The notes beneath the pieces were generated by a model, which saw only the letters and a list, made by a program, of their open reading frames with translations, did not search any database and was not told where the DNA came from. The position numbers and the translations under genes are program-made. Shown here piece by piece: positions 41,520 through 50,682 of a stretch of DNA of 64,000 nt. Each line of letters starts with the position of its first letter. Position 1 is the stretch's first letter. The DNA comes from a virus: positions 26,068-90,067 of the IMG/VR virus record IMGVR_UViG_3300042888_000931. One strand, given 5' to 3'.

Positions 41520-42692
41520 ATGAATTCATTCAAGAAAATCGCACTAGCCGTGGTTGCAGCCATGACTTTGGGCATGGTCGCAGTAGCACCTGCAAATGCT
41601 ACAGTAATGACAGTGGCGGTAACGCTAGACGGAACAGCAAACACAACAAACGGTGTAATTGCTACCCCTGCCACACTACCAGTCCCAGCAGACAACACAA
41701 TCGATGCAGCAGATGCACTACGATTTGTGGCAACAGTTGCAGCAGGAACATCAGTTACTGCAGTAGCAACTAACGCAACAATCGTATCTGCACTACACAC
41801 ATCAGCAGCACCAGTCGGAGCATCGTCAGGATCATCATCTTTGACAATTGCAACAGGCACTGGAACAACTGCAACATTTTTTGTCTACACAAAGACAACA
41901 GCAATTGGCACAGTTGTAATCAACAACGGTGGAACAACTCTTACATACTATGTACAGGGTACTGCTGGTAAGATCAACAACCTAACAGTTTCAGCACCTT
42001 CAGCAGGTGCAGCAGGAACTAAGCAGGATATCGTTGTAACTGCAACAGATGCATTTGGTAACAAGGTATCTGGTAAGTCAATTACAGCAACCGTATTTGC
42101 TTCAACAGCAGTTATGGACACAGCAACAGTAACAACTGGTGCTACACTAACAGATTTTGGAACAGCAACCTTCAAGGCTACTCTTCCAACAACAGGAACA
42201 CGCTCACTAATTACTTTTGCACCAACAACATCATCAGATGCAGTTGCAGCAGCAGTAGTTGGTTTGACTGCTCCAACACTTGCACCATTCGCAGAGATTG
42301 CAGTTCGTGATCTAGTATCAGAACTTGCTGCACAGACTGCTGCAAAGATTGCTGCAGAGAATGCTCTTGCTGCTGCCGTTGCTAAGGCTGCAGCCGATGC
42401 TGCTGCTGCAAAGGTTGCTTCAGATGCAGCACTTGCTGCTAAGAATGCAGAACTTGCAAAGTTCAAGGACGACACAACAACAGCAGTTGCTCAGGCAAAG
42501 GCTGCTTCAGATAAGGCACTTGCAGATGCAAAGGTAGCATCAGATGCTGCTCTTGCTGCTAAGGATGCACAGATTGCTAAGTTGACTGCAGATAATGCAG
42601 CAGCACTTTCTTCTTTGAAGAAGTCATTCAATGCACTTGCTACAAAGTGGAACAAAAAGAATCCAAAGGCTAAGGTTACTCTAGTTAAGTAA
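41520..42692 (+). CDS. secreted Ala/Thr-rich Ig-like protein with C-terminal coiled coil
   Basis: Signal peptide ending APANA; VTATDAFGN Big-like motif; AAGGAG SD. Confidence 0.7.
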   Translation: MNSFKKIALAVVAAMTLGMVAVAPANATVMTVAVTLDGTANTTNGVIATPATLPVPADNTIDAADALRFVATVAAGTSVTAVATNATIVSALHTSAAPVGASSGSSSLTIATGTGTTATFFVYTKTTAIGTVVINNGGTTLTYYVQGTAGKINNLTVSAPSAGAAGTKQDIVVTATDAFGNKVSGKSITATVFASTAVMDTATVTTGATLTDFGTATFKATLPTTGTRSLITFAPTTSSDAVAAAVVGLTAPTLAPFAEIAVRDLVSELAAQTAAKIAAENALAAAVAKAAADAAAAKVASDAALAAKNAELAKFKDDTTTAVAQAKAASDKALADAKVASDAALAAKDAQIAKLTADNAAALSSLKKSFNALATKWNKKNPKAKVTLVK

Positions 42693-42705
42693 TTAGTCCA
42701 ACATT

Positions 42706-42738
42706 AAAGGGGTTGCCAATTACGGTAGCCCCTTTTTT
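42706..42738 (+). terminator. intrinsic terminator
   Basis: AAAGGGGTTGCC-AATTAC-GGTAGCCCCTTT with T-run. Confidence 0.8.
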
Positions 42739-42796
42739 GTGCAATAAAATGGTATAATCATCCTATCAGACATGTCGTCTGCAAGGGGGAAAGGTA

Positions 42797-44944
42797 ATTA
42801 AACGACTACTAAGAATAGTAACAGCCACAGTTCTAGCCTTTGGCTGGCTACTTATAGCCCCCCAGGAAGCCCACTCTGATGATCCACTCACAGTAGCAGC
42901 CCAAGAAATACAGGAACTTAACGATAGCGTAGATGACCTTGGCTATCAAGATGATTTTATAGATCTTATAGAGATAGCAGAAAATAAGTTTGCCTCAGCC
43001 ACAAATGCGAAGGAACTTAAAGATGATGCCTATGATGCCCATGAAGATGCAGTAGAGGCAGAGGCCACAGCCTTAGAAGCAAAGAACCTTGCCCAATCAA
43101 ATGTGGATGGTCAGACAGCGACAGTAGCCTTGGCCCTTGAACATAAAGACAACGCTCTTGAAGAAAGAAACGATGCACAGGATGCTCTCAGCATAGCCAA
43201 CATAAATGTTCAAACCACCCAATCAAATATTCAGAGTGCTGGGGGACAGGGTTTGGCATATACGGTTTATCATTTAACTAGAACATTTCCTGGCATAGCA
43301 ACTCCAAGTGGAGTTATCTGTTCTGGTACATGGAATTCAAATTCTATGCAACTGCCAGTTTGCGGTAATAGATATGAAAACTTTGTAGTTAAATTTACTG
43401 GGAGAATTACTGTTCCAGATCACTGGACACAAACATATTTTGCAGGATCCACAGACGATGGTTTTAGAATGTATGTTGATGGACAACTTGCTGTCAATAA
43501 CTGGGTGGAACAGGGTGTTACCTGGAGTGATTACTCGCCAGTGTATGATGTTAGTGAAGACAAGACTTTAGATGTAGAAATTTGGTGGTATAACGGAGGA
43601 GGCCCAGGCTCTTACCATCTTGGATGGGCAATTCCTGGAGGTTGGACTGGAGCAGGTTGTGATTATACTGGTGGATGGGGAGTAGGTTTTAGTTGTAACC
43701 TTGGAACATTCTCTTCTGGACCAGGACCAACTCAATCACAGTTAAATGCATATGATGAAGCACTTGCAGCAAGGGCTACAGCACAAACAAATTATAATAA
43801 TAAGTTAGCAGTTTACAATGACAAACTAAGCGTATACAACTCTGAGAATGCAACACTGTCATCAATGAATCAGGTTTTGCAAACCAAAACACAGGAACAT
43901 CTTGATGCAGTTGCAGATACAGAAGATGCTTTAGAGTTGAAGAATAGCAGAATAGAAATATACAATCAGTCAATCGTTGACTTAAATAATTCTATTAATG
44001 ATGCATGGGAATATTACTACGAGCAAGCACAAAGAGAACTTAATGCTGCTATTGCTCAAGCAGCAGCAAATGCTGCAGCCAATCAGCCTACCCCAGAACC
44101 CACACCAGAACCTTCTCCAGAACCAACTGAAGAGCCAACAGATGAACCAAGCCCAGAGCCATCCCCAGACCCAACAGATGAACCAACTGAAGAACCAACT
44201 GAAGAACCTACACCAGATCCTTCTCCAGAGCCTACAGGAGACCCTACAGATGAGCCTACACCTGAACCTACCCCAGAAGTTACCCCAGATCCAGAACCAA
44301 CTGAAGAGCCAGTTGTAGACCCAACTGAAGAGCCTACTCCAGAGCCTTCCCCAGAACCTGGACCAGATCCAGAGCCAGAAGATAATCCTTGGACTGAACC
44401 AGATGTAGAAATCAAAGATGAAGTATTAGAAGCCCTCATTCCTGAAAAGGGAACTGGTACATCAGAAGATTTATCTGGAGTTATTGCTAACCTTACAAGC
44501 AAAGATAATAAGTTAGTTACTCTTTCCCCTGAACAAATTACAGCAGTAAGTCAAACACTCAAAGCATTGACGCAAGAAGCAAAAGTAGAAGTTGCAGAAG
44601 ACCTTGGTATTAAGCCGTCAGAAGTTGCAGAGATTGCTGAGCAGATGAAGTCTAACCCAGCACTTGCCGAAGCATTTGTTGAGTTTACTGACAGAGCAGA
44701 ATCAGCAGGAGAAACCCCAATGCCATTTACATTAGCAGATGCAGTAACAGAAGTACAGACAGAAGCATTTTTAGCAGACCCACTTGGTGCAGTATTTGAA
44801 GTGGATGTTACAGAACTCCTATCCAATTTCTCTGAGTTGGGTATGGATATGACAGATGATCAGAGAGAAAAAGCCCAAGAAGTCATTATCCCAGTAATCA
44901 TTGTTTCACAGATTGCAAATGTAATGATTGGGATGAGGAGGTAA
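42797..44944 (+). CDS. secreted/membrane PA14-domain protein with PEPT repeat linker (start codon uncertain)
   Basis: Frame open from 42758; signal-peptide-like IKRLLRIVTATVLAFGWLLIAPQEAHS; PA14 motif TDDGFRMYVDG..WWYNGGG; hydrophobic C-terminus. Confidence 0.75.
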   Translation: MKRLLRIVTATVLAFGWLLIAPQEAHSDDPLTVAAQEIQELNDSVDDLGYQDDFIDLIEIAENKFASATNAKELKDDAYDAHEDAVEAEATALEAKNLAQSNVDGQTATVALALEHKDNALEERNDAQDALSIANINVQTTQSNIQSAGGQGLAYTVYHLTRTFPGIATPSGVICSGTWNSNSMQLPVCGNRYENFVVKFTGRITVPDHWTQTYFAGSTDDGFRMYVDGQLAVNNWVEQGVTWSDYSPVYDVSEDKTLDVEIWWYNGGGPGSYHLGWAIPGGWTGAGCDYTGGWGVGFSCNLGTFSSGPGPTQSQLNAYDEALAARATAQTNYNNKLAVYNDKLSVYNSENATLSSMNQVLQTKTQEHLDAVADTEDALELKNSRIEIYNQSIVDLNNSINDAWEYYYEQAQRELNAAIAQAAANAAANQPTPEPTPEPSPEPTEEPTDEPSPEPSPDPTDEPTEEPTEEPTPDPSPEPTGDPTDEPTPEPTPEVTPDPEPTEEPVVDPTEEPTPEPSPEPGPDPEPEDNPWTEPDVEIKDEVLEALIPEKGTGTSEDLSGVIANLTSKDNKLVTLSPEQITAVSQTLKALTQEAKVEVAEDLGIKPSEVAEIAEQMKSNPALAEAFVEFTDRAESAGETPMPFTLADAVTEVQTEAFLADPLGAVFEVDVTELLSNFSELGMDMTDDQREKAQEVIIPVIIVSQIANVMIGMRR
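44087..44400 (+). repeat. Pro/Glu/Thr coding tandem repeats
   Basis: PTPEPSPEPTEEPT-type repeats. Confidence 0.85.
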
Positions 44945-44946
44945 AA

Positions 44947-45153
44947 ATGAAAATAATCAAAAAGGTTGTGAAGGGATTCTTCACATGGCTTAAAGATGCA
45001 GGGGTGGAAGTGATTGCACAGGCCTTTACTCTCCTTGGCTTCTTCATCGCATGGCTAACTTTGACGGGATCAGCAAGGGATATTGTTGGTATTGCAGTGC
45101 TTGCAACAACAGTAATCTGGCTAATTACAATCCCACTAAGAAAGGAGGACTAA
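44947..45153 (+). CDS. small two-TM membrane protein
   Basis: Two hydrophobic stretches. Confidence 0.6.
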   Translation: MKIIKKVVKGFFTWLKDAGVEVIAQAFTLLGFFIAWLTLTGSARDIVGIAVLATTVIWLITIPLRKED

Positions 45154-45155
45154 AT

Positions 45156-45440
45156 ATGGCAACTAAAAAGGTAGTAGAGCCTCCTAAGAAGGAGCACCCA
45201 CAAAAGGCAATCACTAATATCTTGATGAGAATCGTAGCAGTCTTTGCAGCATCTGGTCTATCAGTACTTGGTGCTGGAGCAGTAGTAGGAATTGACACAG
45301 TTCAGGCAGTATTCTTAGCAGGACTATTAGGCGTAGCAACAGTCATTGAAAGACTGGCAAGGGCTTTTTTGGACGATGGAAAACTCACATTGGCAGAGAT
45401 CAATGATGCGTTTAAGACGGTAGACAAAAAGGCTAATTAG
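45156..45440 (+). CDS. holin-like membrane protein
   Basis: AGGAGG SD; two TM segments; DDGKLTLAEIN tail. Confidence 0.55.
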   Translation: MATKKVVEPPKKEHPQKAITNILMRIVAVFAASGLSVLGAGAVVGIDTVQAVFLAGLLGVATVIERLARAFLDDGKLTLAEINDAFKTVDKKAN

Positions 45441-45456
45441 TCATTATTGACGGTAG

Positions 45457-45486
45457 TTGACAGCCCTCTCTGGGTAATGGTATACT
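45457..45486 (+). promoter_or_regulatory. sigma70-type promoter within an inverted repeat
   Basis: TTGACA-18 nt-TATACT with extended TG. Confidence 0.7.
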
Positions 45487-45519
45487 TAAGTATCACCTAT
45501 CTGGAGAGGGCTTTATGCC

Positions 45520-46044
45520 ATGACTTGTATTGCAGTTGTACGCCATGAAGATAAAATTTACATGGCTGGAGATCGTGGGGCATCAGATGATGGCACCATT
45601 CTAGCACTTGAAGCACCAAAGGTTTGGAAGATAGGTCCATACTTAATTGGATATGCTGGATCAATGGACGGAGAAAGAATCCGTTACAACTTTAAACCAA
45701 CTGCACCCAACATTAAAGACACAGACAGATTTATGCAGACAAGGTTTATTAAAGAACTAAAAGAATTCTACAATGAGTTTTGGGTTGACACATCAAAAGA
45801 TGGAGACCTTGGTTTAATTATTGCAGTTCGTGGAAACATCTATGAGCATAGTTCTGCGGACATGTCTTTATCTAAGTATACACTCCCATACCTTGCTATG
45901 GGGTCTGGAGCAGAGTATGCATATGGAGTTTTATATGCAACGGATAAGCAGAAAAATGCAAGGAATAGAGTAGTCCAAGCAGTAAATGCTGCAATTAAAT
46001 TTAACCCATCATGCATGGGCCCAGTTGACATCGTCAGTCTATAG
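45520..46044 (+). CDS. Ntn-hydrolase (HslV/proteasome beta-like) peptidase
   Basis: N-terminal MTCI, AGDR, KVW, GYAGS and AMGSG motifs. Confidence 0.8.
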   Translation: MTCIAVVRHEDKIYMAGDRGASDDGTILALEAPKVWKIGPYLIGYAGSMDGERIRYNFKPTAPNIKDTDRFMQTRFIKELKEFYNEFWVDTSKDGDLGLIIAVRGNIYEHSSADMSLSKYTLPYLAMGSGAEYAYGVLYATDKQKNARNRVVQAVNAAIKFNPSCMGPVDIVSL

Positions 46045-46053
46045 GAGTATACT
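46025..46053 (+). promoter_or_regulatory. consensus promoter for a leaderless gene
   Basis: TTGACA-17 nt-TATACT; ATG at 46060. Confidence 0.75.
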
Positions 46054-46059
46054 TAGTAT

Positions 46060-46278
46060 ATGAGCGAAGAATTTGAAGAGATTCTAAAGGACATACAGAA
46101 TATGGAATCAGACTTTGACGAGTTTGAAATCTGGCTTGATAACGGTATTCAGCGTGGCTGGATAACGGAACCGTTCTGCAATACTCATGATGGAGATCCG
46201 TATATGAGTGAAGAAGAGCAACAGGAATGGGAAGAGGGCGGAGACCCTTGCCAAGTAGTTTTAAAAATCAAACAATAA
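46060..46278 (+). CDS. acidic hypothetical protein
   Basis: CNTHDG...GGDPC motif. Confidence 0.65.
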   Translation: MSEEFEEILKDIQNMESDFDEFEIWLDNGIQRGWITEPFCNTHDGDPYMSEEEQQEWEEGGDPCQVVLKIKQ

Positions 46279-46298
46279 CAACAAAAAGGAGAAACAAG

Positions 46299-47177
46299 AT
46301 GAAGAAAACACTACTAGCACTACTATCAATTGCAATTGCATTTACAGCAATTGCCCCAGCACAAGCACAAGATGAGAGAGTCTTGGCAATTATAGACACA
46401 GCAATTAACTCAAATAACTTTCCATCAATCATTCATGAAGTATGCTTCACAGCAAATGACAAGTTTGCCATCAATGTTGGTGGCTCTGTACTATGTCCAA
46501 ATGGTAGCACCTTCATGGAGGGCAAAGGTGCAGCAGGAAACTCAGCATGGCCAAAAAGTGGGTGGAGTAATGGCGTTTTCCACGGAGATACAATGGTTAA
46601 GTCTGCGTTAACAGTTAATCCCAACCTTAAGATTGTTTTTGTAAGAATTGCAAATATTGGCAAAGATGGCGGAACCAATCAACATTCTAATCGAACAATT
46701 GATTTAGCAATTGAGTGGGTCTCAAAGAATGCATCAAAGTACAGCATTGATGCTGTATCAATTAGCCAATCAAATCTTGCTCTTGATCGATGCTCAAAAG
46801 ATTTTAGAACTATCAATTCTATTTCATCTCTAACCGCTAATAATGTTGCAGTTTTTGTTGCAACAGGAAATGATAGACGACGAGATGTTGTAGGGTTTCC
46901 ATCATGTGTTCCTGGAGCAATTGGTGTAGGAGCACTAAGCAATGCAACACAACTAGAAACAGCAACCAATACAGGTCCTGGACTTGACATGGTTGCACCT
47001 GGCAAGGTAAGCATTACTAAGTATAATGGTTCACCAACAGACACTGCTGGAAGTTCTGTAGCAACTGCAGTCTCTGCAGCATCATATGTAAACCGTAACA
47101 CCTTTAAAACATTTGGAGAGTATCTCTCATCTCTTCCAAAGATTTTAATTGGTACCACATCATACATTCGTAACTAA
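46299..47177 (+). CDS. secreted subtilisin-like (S8) serine protease
   Basis: Signal peptide; catalytic triad IIDTA, HGDTM, GSSVAT; oxyanion ATGN. Confidence 0.85.
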   Translation: MKKTLLALLSIAIAFTAIAPAQAQDERVLAIIDTAINSNNFPSIIHEVCFTANDKFAINVGGSVLCPNGSTFMEGKGAAGNSAWPKSGWSNGVFHGDTMVKSALTVNPNLKIVFVRIANIGKDGGTNQHSNRTIDLAIEWVSKNASKYSIDAVSISQSNLALDRCSKDFRTINSISSLTANNVAVFVATGNDRRRDVVGFPSCVPGAIGVGALSNATQLETATNTGPGLDMVAPGKVSITKYNGSPTDTAGSSVATAVSAASYVNRNTFKTFGEYLSSLPKILIGTTSYIRN

Positions 47178-47182
47178 ATAAT

Positions 47183-47208
47183 AGTCCTAGGCATGACTTA
47201 AAACTGCC
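47183..47208 (+). ncRNA. mini H-type pseudoknot motif, copy A
   Basis: AGTC-CT-AGGCA-T-GACT-TAAAAC-TGCC; covaries with copies B and C. Confidence 0.6.
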
Positions 47209-47212
47209 CCAA

Positions 47213-47285
47213 TGCCCTATAACTCAGATGGTAGAGTGCCGAACTGTTAATTCGGATGTCCCTGGATCGAGGCCAGGTGGGGCAG
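47213..47285 (+). tRNA. tRNA-Asn(GTT)
   Basis: Cloverleaf; acceptor TGCCCTA/TGGGGCA; anticodon arm CCGAA-CTGTTAA-TTCGG; no encoded CCA. Confidence 0.9.
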
Positions 47286-47324
47286 CGTGATATAATTATA
47301 TAAAGATTCCTAAAGGAGGATATC

Positions 47325-47960
47325 ATGGCAGCAAAAGGCAGTCTAGAAGCAATCATTGAGGTTGCAAAGAAAGAGTTGGGCACAATCGAAGGCCCTAAAG
47401 ATAATGAAACAAAGTACGGTGCATGGATTAAGGTTAACTTCCAACCATGGTGCCAGTCCTTTGTTTCTTGGTGTGCATTTACTGCGGGAGTAAAATCATT
47501 CCCTAAGTCTGCATCAACAGTAGCAGCATCAGATCAATTCAAGAAAGAAAAGCGTTGGTCAGATGCTCGTAATGATGATCCACAGCCAGGAGACTGGATC
47601 TATTTTGATTTCCCAGATGATGGTGTAAATCGTATTTCACATGTTGGTCTTTGCATTAAGAACAACGGTGATGGAACTATCCAAGTTATTGAAGGAAATA
47701 CTTCAGGAACTGCAAAGGGAGACCAGCGCAATGGCGGAATGTGCGTAGAGAAGACTCGTGCATATGTAAAGAATAACAAGAAGAAGTTAGTTAATGCTGT
47801 TGTTGGTTGGGGCCGTCCAGTTTACACTGGTGAAGAAAACGCTCCACTACTAAACAAGTTAGCAGCAACACCTGCCAAGTCAACATCTGCCGATGCTGCG
47901 AAGAAGGCTGCAAAGAAACCATCTGGTGGTGGTGGAGGAAAGCCACAGGTAGCACTATAA
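47325..47960 (+). CDS. endolysin, CHAP-domain
   Basis: PWCQSFVSW, PQPGD, SHVG and IEGNT motifs. Confidence 0.88.
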   Translation: MAAKGSLEAIIEVAKKELGTIEGPKDNETKYGAWIKVNFQPWCQSFVSWCAFTAGVKSFPKSASTVAASDQFKKEKRWSDARNDDPQPGDWIYFDFPDDGVNRISHVGLCIKNNGDGTIQVIEGNTSGTAKGDQRNGGMCVEKTRAYVKNNKKKLVNAVVGWGRPVYTGEENAPLLNKLAATPAKSTSADAAKKAAKKPSGGGGGKPQVAL

Positions 47961-48178
47961 TGGAGTCAAGAAGAAAGTCATTGCTAAAGACTATAAGTTG
48001 GCCATTCGTTCACTTTACTTTTGTTTCTGGAATAATTTATTTCGTTCTAAAGTACTATACTGGAGAGGCAGAGTGGGAGTATGTTGGTCTATACGGACTA
48101 TCATATCTAACACTAGAAATGACTTTCTTCTATCTTCATGAAAGAATTTGGGCCAAGTTTGGAAAGAAGGTAAAGTAA
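47960..48178 (+). CDS. DUF2061-like small membrane protein
   Basis: SLLKTISW...FYLHERIW. Confidence 0.75.
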   Translation: MESRRKSLLKTISWPFVHFTFVSGIIYFVLKYYTGEAEWEYVGLYGLSYLTLEMTFFYLHERIWAKFGKKVK

Positions 48179-48288
48179 TGCGTATTAAGATAATTAGAGC
48201 AGTAGTAAAATTACTTGGATATGAGTGGGGTGGAGACAAACTTAATGCCCCTATCTGGACTGTAAAAGAAAAGAAAAAATCTAAGTAA
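48178..48288 (+). CDS. 36-aa hypothetical protein (not in ORF track)
   Basis: TAATG coupling; ends directly before the next ATG. Confidence 0.45.
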   Translation: MRIKIIRAVVKLLGYEWGGDKLNAPIWTVKEKKKSK

Positions 48289-48474
48289 ATGGCATTATAC
48301 GAATACGATTGTATGCCTTGCGGTCAAAGGTATACAAAAGAAAGATCAATTAAAGAAGACGACCCAGGGTATGGTTGCGAAACTTGCAATCTGCCTCTGG
48401 TTCGTGTATACTCTAATGTAGGAGCAGTATTCAACGGTAGTGGATTTTATTCCACTGATAACAGAAAGCGGTAG
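48289..48474 (+). CDS. FmdB-family zinc ribbon protein
   Basis: YEYDC..C...C..C..FNGSGFYSTD. Confidence 0.8.
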   Translation: MALYEYDCMPCGQRYTKERSIKEDDPGYGCETCNLPLVRVYSNVGAVFNGSGFYSTDNRKR

Positions 48475-48487
48475 TATAATGTTTAGT

Positions 48488-48706
48488 ATGATCAAAGACA
48501 AGACTGAAGAAAAGCAATGGACTCTAACACCTCATGATCGTTGTGACAGATGCAGTGCTGAAGCCTTAGTCAAGGTTACTGGAATAACTGGAGATTTATT
48601 CTTCTGTGGTCACCACTACAACAAGGTTATGGCTATTCCAGATGGATACAATAGCATGATGTCTTTTATGATCAGCGTAGTTGATGAGCGAGAAAAACTA
48701 ACTTAG
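48488..48706 (+). CDS. small zinc-binding protein
   Basis: DRCDRC..LFFCGHH; TATAAT 48475-80 supports start at 48488. Confidence 0.65.
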   Translation: MIKDKTEEKQWTLTPHDRCDRCSAEALVKVTGITGDLFFCGHHYNKVMAIPDGYNSMMSFMISVVDEREKLT

Positions 48707-48708
48707 TA

Positions 48709-49548
48709 ATGAATATCCACTATATGCTGAGAGATGCACACTGTGATGTAGATCAATTAAAAGATCTCTCAGACAGACTAGAGGACTCTGGATATAACTC
48801 AGTCTTGCTTACCTTTCATTCGGCCCAAGCAGACTATTTTATAAAGTCTGCTGCTGCACTTACGCCAGGCCATAAACTAAAGTATATGCTTGCTTTAAGG
48901 CCATACCATGTAAGTGCTCAGTATGCTGCGATGATGACTAGAGGGTATAGCGAAATAGATAAAGACAGACTTGTTTTTAATTGGGTTGCTGGAGACTTTC
49001 ATGGAAGAGATGACGAGCCAGATATTGAATTTGATATCTTTGGAGAGTCAGAAGAAATAGATAGCATTCAAAAAAGAACTACCTACTTAAGAAAGTTTAT
49101 GGATATGTACAAGTTGTACTGCCCAACAGCAGTAGTTCCACGAATGGTTTTTAGTGGTGCCTCTGACTATGCCATAGAAACGGCAAAAATGTTTAAGGGA
49201 ACAACCTTATGCATGTTGGACACATATAGAGAGGGTCCAGAAAGGTTTGACGGACTTGCTGGCATAATGGTTAGTGCTGGAGTTGTTATCTTAGAATCAA
49301 ATAAAGATATTGAAGAGTATAAGAGTAAACTTATTAATGTTAACCCTAGGCTATTAAGTTACTCAATAATTGGAGACCGTGAAACAGTCAAACAAAAAAT
49401 AATTGAACTTGAAAATGAAAAGATAACCGATCTATTATTGTTTACAAATAACTTATTCTTTGGTTTAGACTGGAGCAAGAAAAATGATATTGCTGTAAAC
49501 AATTTAGTTAAAGAAATAAACAGTGAGGCCAAACAGAATGATAATTAA
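48709..49548 (+). CDS. luciferase-like monooxygenase (LLM) family protein
   Basis: GYNSVLL, YMLALRPY and RLVFNWVAG patterns as in SsuD-like proteins. Confidence 0.7.
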   Translation: MNIHYMLRDAHCDVDQLKDLSDRLEDSGYNSVLLTFHSAQADYFIKSAAALTPGHKLKYMLALRPYHVSAQYAAMMTRGYSEIDKDRLVFNWVAGDFHGRDDEPDIEFDIFGESEEIDSIQKRTTYLRKFMDMYKLYCPTAVVPRMVFSGASDYAIETAKMFKGTTLCMLDTYREGPERFDGLAGIMVSAGVVILESNKDIEEYKSKLINVNPRLLSYSIIGDRETVKQKIIELENEKITDLLLFTNNLFFGLDWSKKNDIAVNNLVKEINSEAKQNDN

Positions 49549-50122
49549 TCAAAAAGAATATGACTCAATCCTGTTTGTACATATACCAAAGACTGCTGGA
49601 TCTTCAATTTCTAAAATATTAAATGATAATAATTTAGACAATTGGAAGAGAGAATGGCCAAGGCACCATGATCCATACTCATACTTAAAAGAAGCAAACC
49701 CAGTAGATGAGAAAGTGTTTTCTTTTGCTGTTGTAAGAAACCCATACACAAGAACATACAGTTGCTACAAGCAATACAACAAGGCTAATCAAACAAATAT
49801 ATCTTTTGCACAGTACCTAGACAATATTAAACAAGGAAAAATATCTCCAATAAGCCCACTACTTCATCTACCCCAGTCATTTTATATCATGGATCAAAAT
49901 AATCTACAGGTAGAAAGACTTTATAAGTTTGAGAACCTAAAAGAACTAGAAGACGAACTTGGATGGACTCTTGGATTTTACAACGTGGGCAACTATGTGG
50001 TAGAATCGTATATAGAAGACTATACAGATGAGGCAATAGAAATGACTAAGTACTTTTACAGTTCTGACTTTGCAAACTTTGGATACTCTAAAGATTTTAA
50101 TCAGACCCTGGAGACAAAATGA
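49538..50122 (+). CDS. sulfotransferase family protein
   Basis: 5'-PSB FVHIPKTAGSS and 3'-PB VRNPYTRTYS motifs. Confidence 0.8.
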   Translation: MIINQKEYDSILFVHIPKTAGSSISKILNDNNLDNWKREWPRHHDPYSYLKEANPVDEKVFSFAVVRNPYTRTYSCYKQYNKANQTNISFAQYLDNIKQGKISPISPLLHLPQSFYIMDQNNLQVERLYKFENLKELEDELGWTLGFYNVGNYVVESYIEDYTDEAIEMTKYFYSSDFANFGYSKDFNQTLETK

Positions 50123-50682
50123 GAAAGATGCTAGAAGATTTTAACTTTAAGCAACATGGCAAGTACGATGTTGATCCAATCAGAAACTATATAGATAGTT
50201 TTTCTGAAGAATGGTTTATCAATACATCAAGACAAGACAACTACTATGTCCATAAGGATACAAACTCATACTTCGTGTACACCGCAAATCTTGGGTGGAA
50301 AGAAGGAGAAGACTTTTCTACTCAGACAACATCTAACGACAAGGATCTACTTGAACTTCTTGAGCCAATAATTTCAGACCTTGAAAAAATACACGATGGT
50401 GTTAGAGGCATGGTCCTTTTAATTAAGTTAAAGGCAGGACAAGATATTGCACCGCACCATGACTCAGGAGACTACCTTATGCTTTCAAAAAGAAATCATA
50501 TACCAGTAGTAACTTCTGACAGCGTATTCTTTGGTGTGGGAGATGAAAAAGTCAAGATGGGTACTGGAGAATGCTGGGAAATAAATAACTCAAGACTTCA
50601 TTTTGTAAATAATGGAAGTAAAATAGATAGGGTGCATTTGTTAATTGACATTATGCCAAACATAGAGATAGGTAAAAAATGA
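50119..50682 (+). CDS. Asp/Asn beta-hydroxylase-like 2OG-Fe(II) oxygenase
   Basis: IAPHHD...HIP...HFVNNG..DRVHL. Confidence 0.8.
   Translation: MRKMLEDFNFKQHGKYDVDPIRNYIDSFSEEWFINTSRQDNYYVHKDTNSYFVYTANLGWKEGEDFSTQTTSNDKDLLELLEPIISDLEKIHDGVRGMVLLIKLKAGQDIAPHHDSGDYLMLSKRNHIPVVTSDSVFFGVGDEKVKMGTGECWEINNSRLHFVNNGSKIDRVHLLIDIMPNIEIGKK

Noticed and set aside
44087-44400. Tandem repeats as a CRISPR array or DGR repeat
   Set aside because: In-frame Pro/Glu/Thr linker with synonymous variation; no spacers and no reverse transcriptase
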